A stretch of DNA of 50,356 nucleotides from a virus (lineage: Duplodnaviria > Caudoviricetes): the IMG/VR virus record IMGVR_UViG_3300048823_000117, positions 1 to 50,356 of that record. One strand, 5' to 3'. The notes under the pieces were generated by a model. It had not been told where the DNA came from. It worked only from the letters and a program-made list of their open reading frames with translations, and searched no databases. Shown piece by piece: positions 1 through 8,522 of the stretch; the stretch's first letter is position 1, and the number at the start of each line of letters is the position of its first letter. The translations under genes were made by a program, and so were the position numbers.

Positions 1-127
1 GCGAGTCGCCGAACCTTATTATTGCAACAGGCAATACGCCGATGTGGGCCCTTACAGGACGCTTTGGTATTACAAAATGGCGCGGCAGCCAATTGTACAC
101 CGACGGCCAATGCGGACCAGCCGGAAT
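1..127. repeat. Terminal direct repeat, copy 1 (circular-assembly overlap)
   Basis: 1-127 is identical to 50230-50356. It lies inside a coding sequence, and 127 nt is a common assembler k-mer length. Confidence 0.95.
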
Positions 128-2201
128 CCAAGTAATCCCCATCCTCCACCCAGCGAGTATCCTACGTGAATGGAAAACCCGACAAGCCACCGTACAGGAC
201 CTTCGCCGTGCCAAACGGTTCGCACAATCGCGATGGCAAGTGCCCGAGTACCACTTCGACATCCGACCAAGTTACGATCGAGCTGTCGCTGTCCTCCAAT
301 GGCTCCGCTATCGACTCGACTGCGGGGAACGACTCCGACTCAGCTTCGACATTGAAACTGCATCCGGACATATCACTTGCTGTGGAGTTGCTTGGTCTTA
401 CCGCGATGCCATCTGCACCCCCTTCACCGAGCGGGGGGCTGCGTGCTGGACCGAGACGCAGGAACTCGAAATTGTGTGCTTGTGGCGGGAGTTACTCACT
501 CACCCAAACGCACAGGTCGTCGGCCAAAACATTCTGTATGACGCCCAGTATACCTGGAAGCATTGGGGCTTTGCCCCAAGGGTTGCCCAAGATACGATGA
601 TCTCCCAACACTCCATCTTCAGTGACCTGCCCAAGTCCTTAGCGTTCATCGCCAGCCTGTACTGCGACCACTACGTCTTTTGGAAGGACGAGGGTAAGCA
701 GCACAACCCTGGCGACGCTGGCGAGCAGCTCTGGTGGTACAACTGCCTCGACTGCGCCTACACCTTAGAATGCGCCGACGTCCTCGTCCAGACCGCCGAC
801 CGAATGGGCCTCATGGAGGTCCACCGTTTCCAGCAATCGATGTTCTGGCCCGTTCTTCGAGCTATGCAACTCGGCCACCGAGTCGATACCAAGACCCGTG
901 ACGAGATGATCTTCGACGTGCAGGAGGAAATCGCCAAGCGCGAAGCCTACCTCTTCACCATCCTCGGCCACCCACTTAACCCCGACTCGCCGAAGCAGAT
1001 GCACTCTCTATTCTACGACGACCTCAAGCTCCCCGTCCAAATGAGCCGAGCCGGGAAGGGCAAGAAGGCCCATCCAACCTTGGACGACGATGCGATGATG
1101 AAGCTCGCTCTGAAGGAACCGCTCATCCGCCCGCTGGTAAGCGCCATCGGCGACATCCGCACCCTCGGCAAATTCATCAGCAATTTCCTCACCCGCCGCC
1201 TCGACTCTGACGGCCGGTGGCGCTGCAGCATAAACATCGGAGGTTCCGCCAGTGGTAAATCTGCTCCTAAAACTTATCGACTGTCGACAAGCGAAAGCGC
1301 CTTCGACACCGGCGCAAATATGCAGAACATTCCCTCGGAAAAGAGTAAATCTATTGGCAAAGCAGCTGCTCGGGCGGCTTTGGCTAACGTCGGGGATCCT
1401 TATTCTCTGCCTAATATTAGGTCTATCTTTATTCCTGACCCTGGGCAGATTTACATCGAGCTTGATCTCCAGCGCGCGGACCTGTTCGTGGTCGCCTACG
1501 AGGCGAATGATACAATCCTTAAACGAGTAATGCACAGTGGCGCAGATATTCACCTGGCTAACGCCTTCAGCCTGGAAGGCAAGATCGTTCCGCCGATTGA
1601 GGAACTGGTTGAAGGCCATCCAGCGTACCTCGACCACCGGAAACCGATGAAACTGATTCGCGAATTCGCAAAGGTATGGTGTCATGGAACAAATTACGGA
1701 GGTCAACCTCGCACTATGTCTGCGAACACTGGTCGCAGTATTGCGGAATGCGAGCGAAACCAGCGGATCTGGTTCGGAGCACATCCAGGAATTCTTGAAT
1801 GGCACGAGAGAGTTAAAACTCAAGTTGCTGCCCGGCGGTTTATTGCAAATAAGCTTGGATACCGTTGGTATATCTTCGACCGTATCGACTCGATTATCCC
1901 CGAAGCGATCGCCTGGGTCCCGCAGTCAACCGTCTCGGTCGTGATTAATCGGATCTGGATGAACATCTTTGAACGGGCTCCTTGGATCCAGGTCCTAATC
2001 CAAGTCCACGACTCGCTCTGCATGCAGGTCCCTAGGGAACGACTCCTCGAAGCGCTGCCCATCATCCGGTCGGCGGCCGAGATAACCGTCCCGTATCCAG
2101 ATCCTCTGGTTATACCACATTCGCTAACTCTAAGCTCACATTCTTGGGGGTGCTCCTGTGACCGATGTAAGGACCTCACCGCGCAGCACGCCTTGACGTG
2201 A
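1..2201 (+). CDS. polA: Family A DNA polymerase with N-terminal UDG domain and 3'-5' exonuclease (3' part; gene starts at 49881 across the join, about 849 aa)
   Basis: ExoI SFDIET, ExoII GQNILYD, ExoIII YNCLD; motif A ELDLQRADL, motif B REFAKVWCHGTNYG, motif C QVHDSL; UDG motif ILHPAS. The frame is continuous with the GTG at 49881. Confidence 0.95.
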   Translation, partial: ESPNLIIATGNTPMWALTGRFGITKWRGSQLYTDGQCGPAGIQVIPILHPASILREWKTRQATVQDLRRAKRFAQSRWQVPEYHFDIRPSYDRAVAVLQWLRYRLDCGERLRLSFDIETASGHITCCGVAWSYRDAICTPFTERGAACWTETQELEIVCLWRELLTHPNAQVVGQNILYDAQYTWKHWGFAPRVAQDTMISQHSIFSDLPKSLAFIASLYCDHYVFWKDEGKQHNPGDAGEQLWWYNCLDCAYTLECADVLVQTADRMGLMEVHRFQQSMFWPVLRAMQLGHRVDTKTRDEMIFDVQEEIAKREAYLFTILGHPLNPDSPKQMHSLFYDDLKLPVQMSRAGKGKKAHPTLDDDAMMKLALKEPLIRPLVSAIGDIRTLGKFISNFLTRRLDSDGRWRCSINIGGSASGKSAPKTYRLSTSESAFDTGANMQNIPSEKSKSIGKAAARAALANVGDPYSLPNIRSIFIPDPGQIYIELDLQRADLFVVAYEANDTILKRVMHSGADIHLANAFSLEGKIVPPIEELVEGHPAYLDHRKPMKLIREFAKVWCHGTNYGGQPRTMSANTGRSIAECERNQRIWFGAHPGILEWHERVKTQVAARRFIANKLGYRWYIFDRIDSIIPEAIAWVPQSTVSVVINRIWMNIFERAPWIQVLIQVHDSLCMQVPRERLLEALPIIRSAAEITVPYPDPLVIPHSLTLSSHSWGCSCDRCKDLTAQHALT

Positions 2202-3382
2202 GGCATTTCGACGACTGGATTCTGGCGTACTGCAACTACGCCGGGTTCTCGGAAGCCCCGAGATATATGCACTTCTTTACAGCCGTCAGTACCATTGCGA
2301 GTACACTAACAAGAAAGGTCTGGATTAATCAGGTCCATTTCAAGTGGTACCCAAATTTTTTCATTGTCCTGGTGGCTGAACCGGGAATCGTGTCCAAATC
2401 AACTACGATGGACATAGGAATGAAATTACTGAGGCAAGTGCCTGACATACATTTTGGCCCGTCTGTGGTTACATGGCAGGCACTAGTGAAACGATTTACC
2501 GAGGCGAAGTCGGCGTTCGAGTTCCCCCCAGGGGAGACGAAGTTCGTTATACAGTCGGCCCTTACATTAGCCGCAAGCGAGTTCGGCAATCTGGTCAACC
2601 CGACCGAACGGGAGACAATCGACCTGTATGTAGATTTGTGGGACTGCCGTACTGGTGTGCTGGAGAAGCTGACCAAGACCTCGGGTCACGACAAGGTAGA
2701 GAACCCTTACATCAACATGATTGCATGTACGACCCCTGCGTGGATTGCGGGTACTTTTCCCGACTACGTTATTGGTGGAGGCTTCGTAAGCCGGTGCCTG
2801 TTCGTCTACGCTGAGGCGAAGGAGAAGCTAGTCGCCTATCCCTCTCGCCACGCCCCGGCGGATTTCGAAGATACCGGCCGTCGGCTCATCGAGGACCTCA
2901 TCGAGATGTCCAAGCTAATCGGCCAGTACGAGCTAACCGAGGAAGCCTACCAATGGGGTGAGGAGTGGTATCATATCCTCTGGAAGGGCAAGCCGGCCGA
3001 GATGGCCGACGAACGATTTAAGACTTATCTGTCCCGGAAGCAAACTCACATCCACAAACTCGCGATCGTATTGGCAGCCAGCCAAAGCGACCACCTCCTC
3101 ATCACCGACCAGCACCTATTCGTTGCGAATAAGATGATCACCGACTTGGAACTGGAAATGCCCAAGGTCTTCGCCAAGATCGGCCGTACCGAGCAATCGG
3201 TCCAGGCAGAACGCTTCATCAAGTTCGTTGAAAAGCGAGGGCTAGTCAGCTTCGGCGAAGCCTACCAGTACGTTCACTCCGCCTTCCCCGGATTCCGCGA
3301 CTTCGAGAACATCGTGGCGGGAGCCTGTAAGGCTGGCTACATCCACTTCGACGGGGCGATGCTGAAGAGCCTGAAGAAGTAA
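2198..3382 (+). CDS. DUF3987/YfjI-like P-loop NTPase (putative replicative helicase-like protein)
   Basis: Walker A-like VLVAEPGIVSKST, ASEFG, LYVDLWD, GGFVSRCLFVY; GTGA-coupled to the polymerase. Confidence 0.7.
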   Translation: MRHFDDWILAYCNYAGFSEAPRYMHFFTAVSTIASTLTRKVWINQVHFKWYPNFFIVLVAEPGIVSKSTTMDIGMKLLRQVPDIHFGPSVVTWQALVKRFTEAKSAFEFPPGETKFVIQSALTLAASEFGNLVNPTERETIDLYVDLWDCRTGVLEKLTKTSGHDKVENPYINMIACTTPAWIAGTFPDYVIGGGFVSRCLFVYAEAKEKLVAYPSRHAPADFEDTGRRLIEDLIEMSKLIGQYELTEEAYQWGEEWYHILWKGKPAEMADERFKTYLSRKQTHIHKLAIVLAASQSDHLLITDQHLFVANKMITDLELEMPKVFAKIGRTEQSVQAERFIKFVEKRGLVSFGEAYQYVHSAFPGFRDFENIVAGACKAGYIHFDGAMLKSLKK

Positions 3383-3420
3383 ACGATACCATGTTACGTC
3401 TATTAACCCAATATCATTAA
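3381..3420. promoter_or_regulatory. Conserved 40-bp dyad element, copy A
   Basis: AAACGATACCATGTTAC-GTCTA-TTAACCCAATATCATTAA; same layout at 16745, 33671 and 39942. Confidence 0.7.
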
Positions 3421-3433
3421 CCCGGAGCCACTT

Positions 3434-3667
3434 ATGAACACCCTACTCGTTAAGCTAACCGAAGCCTCAACTCGGTCGGCGTTCTTCCTCGATGCAGCGA
3501 ACATCCGAATGACCACCCGATCGGCGGAGAACCCGTTGGTCACGATGATAATCACCTATACCATGACGCAAAAAGGACCCCAGGCCTACGAGGTCCTGGA
3601 GTCCCCAGAGGAAGCGGCTCGGTTGGTAAACGCCGGCCGACTCGGCAAGGACCTGCTAGTTAGCTAA
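3434..3667 (+). CDS. Hypothetical protein, last gene of the plus arm
   Basis: 77-aa ORF with GGAG RBS; converges on the lysis cassette. Confidence 0.7.
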   Translation: MNTLLVKLTEASTRSAFFLDAANIRMTTRSAENPLVTMIITYTMTQKGPQAYEVLESPEEAARLVNAGRLGKDLLVS

Positions 3668-3825
3668 AGCCTACCGCCTAGCAGCAACAGAATCAGCACA
3701 ACAACGATCACTACCCCGATCCCCGACGGGTACCAGCCGTACGAGTGGTGCCAGGGACCAATCCCTGGCGCCCCAATCAGGGCGAAGATCACCAGTACCA
3801 AGATAATCAAAAAGAGTGGATTCAC
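3664..3825 (-). CDS. DUF3309-like small two-TM membrane protein (53 aa, not in the ORF track)
   Basis: Hand translation MNPLFLIILVLVIFALIGAPGIGPWHHSYGWYPSGIGVVIVVVLILLLLGGRL; GTG start with AAGGGGA RBS; pattern PW..SYGWYPSG..GRL resembles DUF3309. Confidence 0.75.
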   Translation of the reverse strand: MNPLFLIILVLVIFALIGAPGIGPWHHSYGWYPSGIGVVIVVVLILLLLGGRL

Positions 3826-3835
3826 AATAGTCCCC

Positions 3836-4414
3836 TTATTTCAGCTTAACCTTAAGCCTGTGATCGACCATCCAGCCGGCCCAGGCCTTTAGCTTAACCG
3901 GCGTGAAGAAATCCGAGTGCCCCAGTACCACAGGCATGCCTGGAGTCTTGTCGCAGAAGTAGTTAGGAATCAACGGGTCCTTTCCTGTATACCCAAGGTG
4001 GCCCAGTTCACCCCAGACCGAGTCAACCAGGCCAAGCCTAGCCCCGAGCATCGCCGCTTCGGTAAGCGTATCGCCTTGGTTCGAGTAAACATCAATCCAC
4101 TTACAAGTCCCCGGTCGGATGATATTCGTCTCCAGGGCCCCGTTGATGAAGATTGCCCCTTCGGCCGGAGCGCCAAGTAACATGAGGTGGTAAGCAATCG
4201 CGCAGCCATTCGAGTGGCCGATCAAAATATCTCCTGGTTTAATATAAGGCAACAGCGTCCCGACGAGCATCGAGTTAACCACCCTCGTTTCAAGCGCCAG
4301 TTCGTACCCATACTCTGGGTACGCTACCTCGAACCCCGCCTCCAATAGATAGCCGATCAGCCCTTTTACCTGACTAGTCGGCTCTGTGTGGATCCCGTGG
4401 ATCAGATGGATCAC
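3836..4414 (-). CDS. Alpha/beta-hydrolase (esterase/lipase-like) in the lysis cassette
   Basis: LIHGI oxyanion strand, GHSNG nucleophile elbow (GxSxG), NQGD acid, C-terminal GHSDFF His. Confidence 0.8.
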   Translation of the reverse strand: MIHLIHGIHTEPTSQVKGLIGYLLEAGFEVAYPEYGYELALETRVVNSMLVGTLLPYIKPGDILIGHSNGCAIAYHLMLLGAPAEGAIFINGALETNIIRPGTCKWIDVYSNQGDTLTEAAMLGARLGLVDSVWGELGHLGYTGKDPLIPNYFCDKTPGMPVVLGHSDFFTPVKLKAWAGWMVDHRLKVKLK

Positions 4415-4698
4415 GGTGCTGCCGGCGGCACGGTCGAACCAGGTGCCTTGCTTGCAATATACGCCTGTACCTTCGTAATAACCAGCTGCGCCAGTTGCTG
4501 TTCAACCTCAATCTCCAGGGCAATTCCTGCCCCCGGTGCTGCTGCCTGAAACTGGAGTAGGTCGGCGGCCTGCTGCAGGGTATTACCCGCATGAGCCTTC
4601 CAGTCAGTGAAGAGGGTGATAATCGGCGACCCAGCTACACTAGCCACATCCGACTCGAGTGTGGCCAGAATTAATTGGCCGACTGATTGTGTTGTCAT
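4411..4698 (-). CDS. Hypothetical lysis-cassette protein
   Basis: 95 aa, 4-nt overlaps with both neighbours. Confidence 0.65.
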   Translation of the reverse strand: MTTQSVGQLILATLESDVASVAGSPIITLFTDWKAHAGNTLQQAADLLQFQAAAPGAGIALEIEVEQQLAQLVITKVQAYIASKAPGSTVPPAAP

Positions 4699-5012
4699 TT
4701 GGAAGTTTCCTTTGGTTGCGTTGGGGATAAAGGGCTCTTGTCCAGGACCGCCTGGGCCTGGTCTACATGCGTCTGCGCAACAGGAATGCCATAGTTCTTA
4801 CCCTGGTTGCGCACTTGGGCGATTATGACTCCGAGAATCCCGCCCGCCGTCCCGAGCCATTTCAAGGCTGGGTAGTCGGCGATCAGTTGGATAACAATAT
4901 CCTGCCCCGCAAGCAGGATCGTCAGCGGGTTGAAGTAAATCCACCGACAGATCATCCAGAACACATAACGTAAGCCGAATCCCTTCGGCATAACGGGGTC
5001 AGGACTGTTCAT
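4695..5012 (-). CDS. Putative holin
   Basis: Hydrophobic segments, hydrophilic C-terminal tail, directly after the endolysin. Confidence 0.5.
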   Translation of the reverse strand: MNSPDPVMPKGFGLRYVFWMICRWIYFNPLTILLAGQDIVIQLIADYPALKWLGTAGGILGVIIAQVRNQGKNYGIPVAQTHVDQAQAVLDKSPLSPTQPKETSK

Positions 5013-5449
5013 ACTAATTCTCCTGGAACATCCGCGAGGATTTGCGCCACGTAGTCCTTCGTCTCGGTCGGTAGGCCAGCAATCTTATGCCTCAGGTACT
5101 TATCCTCATTCCCCGGACCGAAGTTATACGCCGCCAGGGCCTCCGACCAAGTTCCGAATCGTTCATAGAGGTGCGCGATGTACAGCCCGGCGTCCTTGAT
5201 CTGTAACGTCACCGCCGCGTCGTCAAAGGGAATCGTATGGACCGAGGGGAAGTCCTGGGGCATAAGTTGCATAATCCCCAGCGCACCCGCTGGACTCTGC
5301 CTAACCCCTTCGATAACATCCCGACGGAACGACGATTCCTCGAAGGCCATCCTGCAGAGCAAGTCGGTCGGAAGGCTGAGATCCTTCTCCACCCCTCGGA
5401 TAACCGGAATCCACTTCGGCCCGTCGTTAGCTTGTCTCCAGTCAATCAT
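5009..5449 (-). CDS. Endolysin, soluble lytic transglycosylase (SLT/GH23)
   Basis: EESSF catalytic Glu, AGALGIMQLMP, ALAAYNFGPG, ETKDYV. Confidence 0.9.
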   Translation of the reverse strand: MIDWRQANDGPKWIPVIRGVEKDLSLPTDLLCRMAFEESSFRRDVIEGVRQSPAGALGIMQLMPQDFPSVHTIPFDDAAVTLQIKDAGLYIAHLYERFGTWSEALAAYNFGPGNEDKYLRHKIAGLPTETKDYVAQILADVPGELV

Positions 5450-5700
5450 CGTAACCTCTGCCTGTTAATTCGTCGTAAGTTGTTTCGAGCCATGAGTTGC
5501 TCGAGTTCTCCGTCGAACACTAAGATGTCCTCATTTACTTTCGCAGCATCGCCGGTCAGCCTATTAATCGCCTTATCGTGAATATCGACCTTAACCTCCA
5601 ACCTCACCAGACTAATCTTAATGCCCATCCATGAGCCTATAAACCCCCCTACCAGTCCAACTGTGGGGGATACTATATAAGGTACCCAATCGGGAACCAC
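5446..5700 (-). CDS. Single-TM coiled-coil protein (holin/antiholin candidate)
   Basis: N-terminal TM helix followed by a coiled coil; immediately upstream of the endolysin. Confidence 0.5.
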   Translation of the reverse strand: MVPDWVPYIVSPTVGLVGGFIGSWMGIKISLVRLEVKVDIHDKAINRLTGDAAKVNEDILVFDGELEQLMARNNLRRINRQRLR

Positions 5701-6558
5701 CTACAGCCCCATACAGGTCAGTATAAAGTGGTTATCCTGAAAAGCGATCGAAACGTTGAACATAAAGAGTGAGATAATAAACGGAGGTGACGAGCCAACC
5801 TCCAGCGATTCGACGCTATTACCATTCGCCCCGCCTCCGGCACCCGAGCCTGGCGAGACAGTACAAGCTGGCGGCTGGGTGAACTGTCCTGTCAGCGGGA
5901 CGATCTGATACTGCCCCGTACCCAACCTCGTGCAAGTGAAGTTCCCCGGTTGGAACCCAGAGATCGCAATCTGCGTATCCTGTATACAACCCCCGACTCC
6001 ATCCCAGCCGCCAAAGGCGACCTTCGGCCAGGGGACGCTCGTCGCCCGAGGGAAAGTAACTGCACCGGCTTGGTTAATACACTCAACAGAGCCCAGAGCG
6101 GCAGTAAAGACTGAATAAGTCCCTGGTGCGGCGCCGTTACAGTACCCCGAGATTGTATCCCACTCGACGTTCCCTGCCTGTCCATCGACCAGCCCGTAGG
6201 AGCTCGCCGTGGCAGTCGGCGATTGATTCTTCACAATTCCTGTACCAATAGTCACTCCACCCGATGAGCCAACTATCCCTACTGGGCCTAACAGCATATT
6301 TCCGGTTAGCACCGATAGGCTTGGAGCAATCAGCTGCTGCGAAAACGCCACGTTGCCTGTAAACGTAAGGTTCTGCGCGACCAGCCAGGCGGCGATCTGC
6401 GACAAGGTCATTTTCTTCGTCGCACCCGACTGTACCACCGGGAACGGCTCAAGGCCAGTAGTCGAGGTACTAGCCGCTGGCAGCGCTGAAATTGGCGTCT
6501 GCGCTTGGGCCAGTCCACAAGCCAGCAACAATACCCCTAGGGCTAAAATGCGCTTCAT
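5701..6558 (-). CDS. Tail-fibre/receptor-binding-like protein with Sec signal peptide
   Basis: ATG at 6558 with AAGGAG RBS. MKRILALGVLLLACGLAQA|Q is followed by a fibre-type N-terminal module (PISALPAA..FPVVQSGATKKMTLSQI) and a C-terminal TRLGTGQYQI..FILTCMG tip. Confidence 0.65.
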   Translation of the reverse strand: MKRILALGVLLLACGLAQAQTPISALPAASTSTTGLEPFPVVQSGATKKMTLSQIAAWLVAQNLTFTGNVAFSQQLIAPSLSVLTGNMLLGPVGIVGSSGGVTIGTGIVKNQSPTATASSYGLVDGQAGNVEWDTISGYCNGAAPGTYSVFTAALGSVECINQAGAVTFPRATSVPWPKVAFGGWDGVGGCIQDTQIAISGFQPGNFTCTRLGTGQYQIVPLTGQFTQPPACTVSPGSGAGGGANGNSVESLEVGSSPPFIISLFMFNVSIAFQDNHFILTCMGL

Positions 6559-6568
6559 AGTTGTCTCC

Positions 6569-7204
6569 TTAAGTACTAACACTTGCAGTCGCCGTCGATA
6601 CGCCACCAAGGCTATCGACGATGGTTACTTCCAGTACACCGTTGACTGGGCTAGCCAAGGCGAACAGTTGGGTACCGACTGAATTGGGGGAGAGAATCTG
6701 AATCCCTGCCCCGCCGGAAGCCCAGGTCCAGTTAATCGACGTCACAAACACACCTTGACTCGGATCCCCCGCGTCAACCGAAGCGACCCAAGGGGGTAAG
6801 ACCGCAGCCGCAAACCCCTGGAACGATCCCGCTTCAGTTACCAGGTCACTCCCTCCTTCAGTAGTTAGGAACGATCCGACTTCAGTCGTGATTGGGGTTT
6901 CGCCCATCTCGGCGAGCTGAATTACATTCGGCCTGATGACGAGGGGGAAGCCTAGATTGAGCTGCCGGAAGTTAACAATCGGGGGCTGTACCCTCGGTAC
7001 CGACATATGCTCAGGGATTCCCCGGACGAACTCTTGAGGGTGTCGGCGGTCGGCGTGCTCAGGACAGCACCACATCTTTCGGGCGAACTCGTCGTCAGTT
7101 ATGAGTTCGTTCGATTTCCTTTTCCTGCCACAGTATGCACACATGACGTTCCAGGCGCCAAGTTCAAGGAAATCGCGGCCTCCTTTTGTAAAGCCGTTAC
7201 CCAT
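6569..7204 (-). CDS. Conserved phage virion-associated protein (N-terminal CxxC..CPEH..HPQ zinc-binding motif)
   Basis: CAYCGRK...WCCPEHADRRHPQ motif; internal ITTEVGSFLTTEGGSDLVTE repeats. Confidence 0.55.
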   Translation of the reverse strand: MGNGFTKGGRDFLELGAWNVMCAYCGRKRKSNELITDDEFARKMWCCPEHADRRHPQEFVRGIPEHMSVPRVQPPIVNFRQLNLGFPLVIRPNVIQLAEMGETPITTEVGSFLTTEGGSDLVTEAGSFQGFAAAVLPPWVASVDAGDPSQGVFVTSINWTWASGGAGIQILSPNSVGTQLFALASPVNGVLEVTIVDSLGGVSTATASVST

Positions 7205-8522
7205 CAGAGTAGCTCATGCTACGGGCGTAGCCTAAAGACTGCAGTAATGGCAATTCCCCCGCTAACTTCCTGCCCACGTCGGTGCGCATCATTCGGTTAG
7301 AAGGCCACCGAACCCCCCACGCAACGCCATATGCGGCCATAGCGGCCGATTCTACCGTAGGACCGCTTCCTGTGACCACCGCCACGTACGTCCCCGCCGT
7401 TGTGAGACATCGCCTGTGACGGAGGTTTCCATCGTCGTCGATGACTGGTTCCATGCCCATCCGCACCATCTGCCAGTGGATGTGATTCGCCGACTCCTCG
7501 TCGAAGTGTATCGGGAACCCAGACCACTTCTCGTGCGGGTCGTTTGAGATTGGGTAGTCGCCGTGGGTCATTACAACGCCGACTGCGATATCAGGTCGGG
7601 GGTTAAACTCATCCCGGCCGGCAAGCATCGCTGCCATCCACTCGACAGGGTCGTGGTCGATTACCTCTTGGCGGATGTTGAAGTCAGGCCAGCCTAACCT
7701 CGAGGTGAACTCCAACGGCCACGGCGTTCCGTCCGAGTCCACAATGCAGTTCACCGAACAATCTCCCACATACCCAATCTGGTACAGGTAGTCCGTCAAG
7801 GGCTTCAGCACCCGGTCGAACAGCAGAGATTCCTGCACGTGCCGCAGGACGGTTCCCTGCTCGCCGGTGTTCTGCCCCAGGTCGTCGTTGAGGAAGCGTT
7901 TGTGTTCCCAAGATTCCTCCACCATTCGCAACCAGCCCGACTGCGGGCTAAACCAGCCGGCAATCCCGACCTCCACCCCGTCGGCTTTCTTCTGCAGCAT
8001 GAGCTTGCTGTTCAGCCCGGCGTCCCTCCACCGTTCGAGTTGGAAAATCGCTTCTTCCGGCGAATTGGCGACACAGGTAAGGGACTTATCGCCTTCCCCT
8101 CCCCAGGGCTTGATGACAACTGGCTCCCTCGAGGCGACGACATACTCAATTGCATCATTGAGATTCTCGACAGTAACATACGGCAGAATCTGAACTCCTT
8201 GAGACTGGAGCACTTGCTGTCCGAGAGCCCGGTCAAGTTCAAGCTGCGCGCTCGCCGCATTGGCGCCAAAGATAGGGTAACCAGATTCAAAGTACGGTTC
8301 GAGTTTGTTGGCATAGCGAGAATTCCCGTTGACGATTACCAAATCGCTCCCGTCCATTAAGGGTTCCCAGTCTCGCGGGCGATCAACCAGCCCCTCGCCG
8401 AAGGTTAGTTCTTGGCGGCTGGGCGGTAGCCAGTACCTGACATCATGCCCCCACTCCTTCGCTCGCAGGGCGATTCCCAGCCCCGTTGCCTCGCCCTCGA
8501 CTTCGATGATCAGTATTCTCAC
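7197..8522 (-). CDS. PurD (GAR synthetase)-like ATP-grasp ligase
   Basis: AQLELDR, PVVIKP, EHKRFLNDDLGQNTGEQG (cf. PurD DHKR..GPNTGGMG), PLEFTSRLGWP, TAGTYVAVVTG, MMRTDVG. The PurD N-terminal GxGGREHA motif is absent. Confidence 0.85.
   Translation of the reverse strand: MRILIIEVEGEATGLGIALRAKEWGHDVRYWLPPSRQELTFGEGLVDRPRDWEPLMDGSDLVIVNGNSRYANKLEPYFESGYPIFGANAASAQLELDRALGQQVLQSQGVQILPYVTVENLNDAIEYVVASREPVVIKPWGGEGDKSLTCVANSPEEAIFQLERWRDAGLNSKLMLQKKADGVEVGIAGWFSPQSGWLRMVEESWEHKRFLNDDLGQNTGEQGTVLRHVQESLLFDRVLKPLTDYLYQIGYVGDCSVNCIVDSDGTPWPLEFTSRLGWPDFNIRQEVIDHDPVEWMAAMLAGRDEFNPRPDIAVGVVMTHGDYPISNDPHEKWSGFPIHFDEESANHIHWQMVRMGMEPVIDDDGNLRHRRCLTTAGTYVAVVTGSGPTVESAAMAAYGVAWGVRWPSNRMMRTDVGRKLAGELPLLQSLGYARSMSYSDG

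Noticed and set aside
7197-8522. purD as a purine-synthesis auxiliary metabolic gene
   Set aside because: The substrate-binding motifs are altered and the context is structural, so no gene symbol was assigned.
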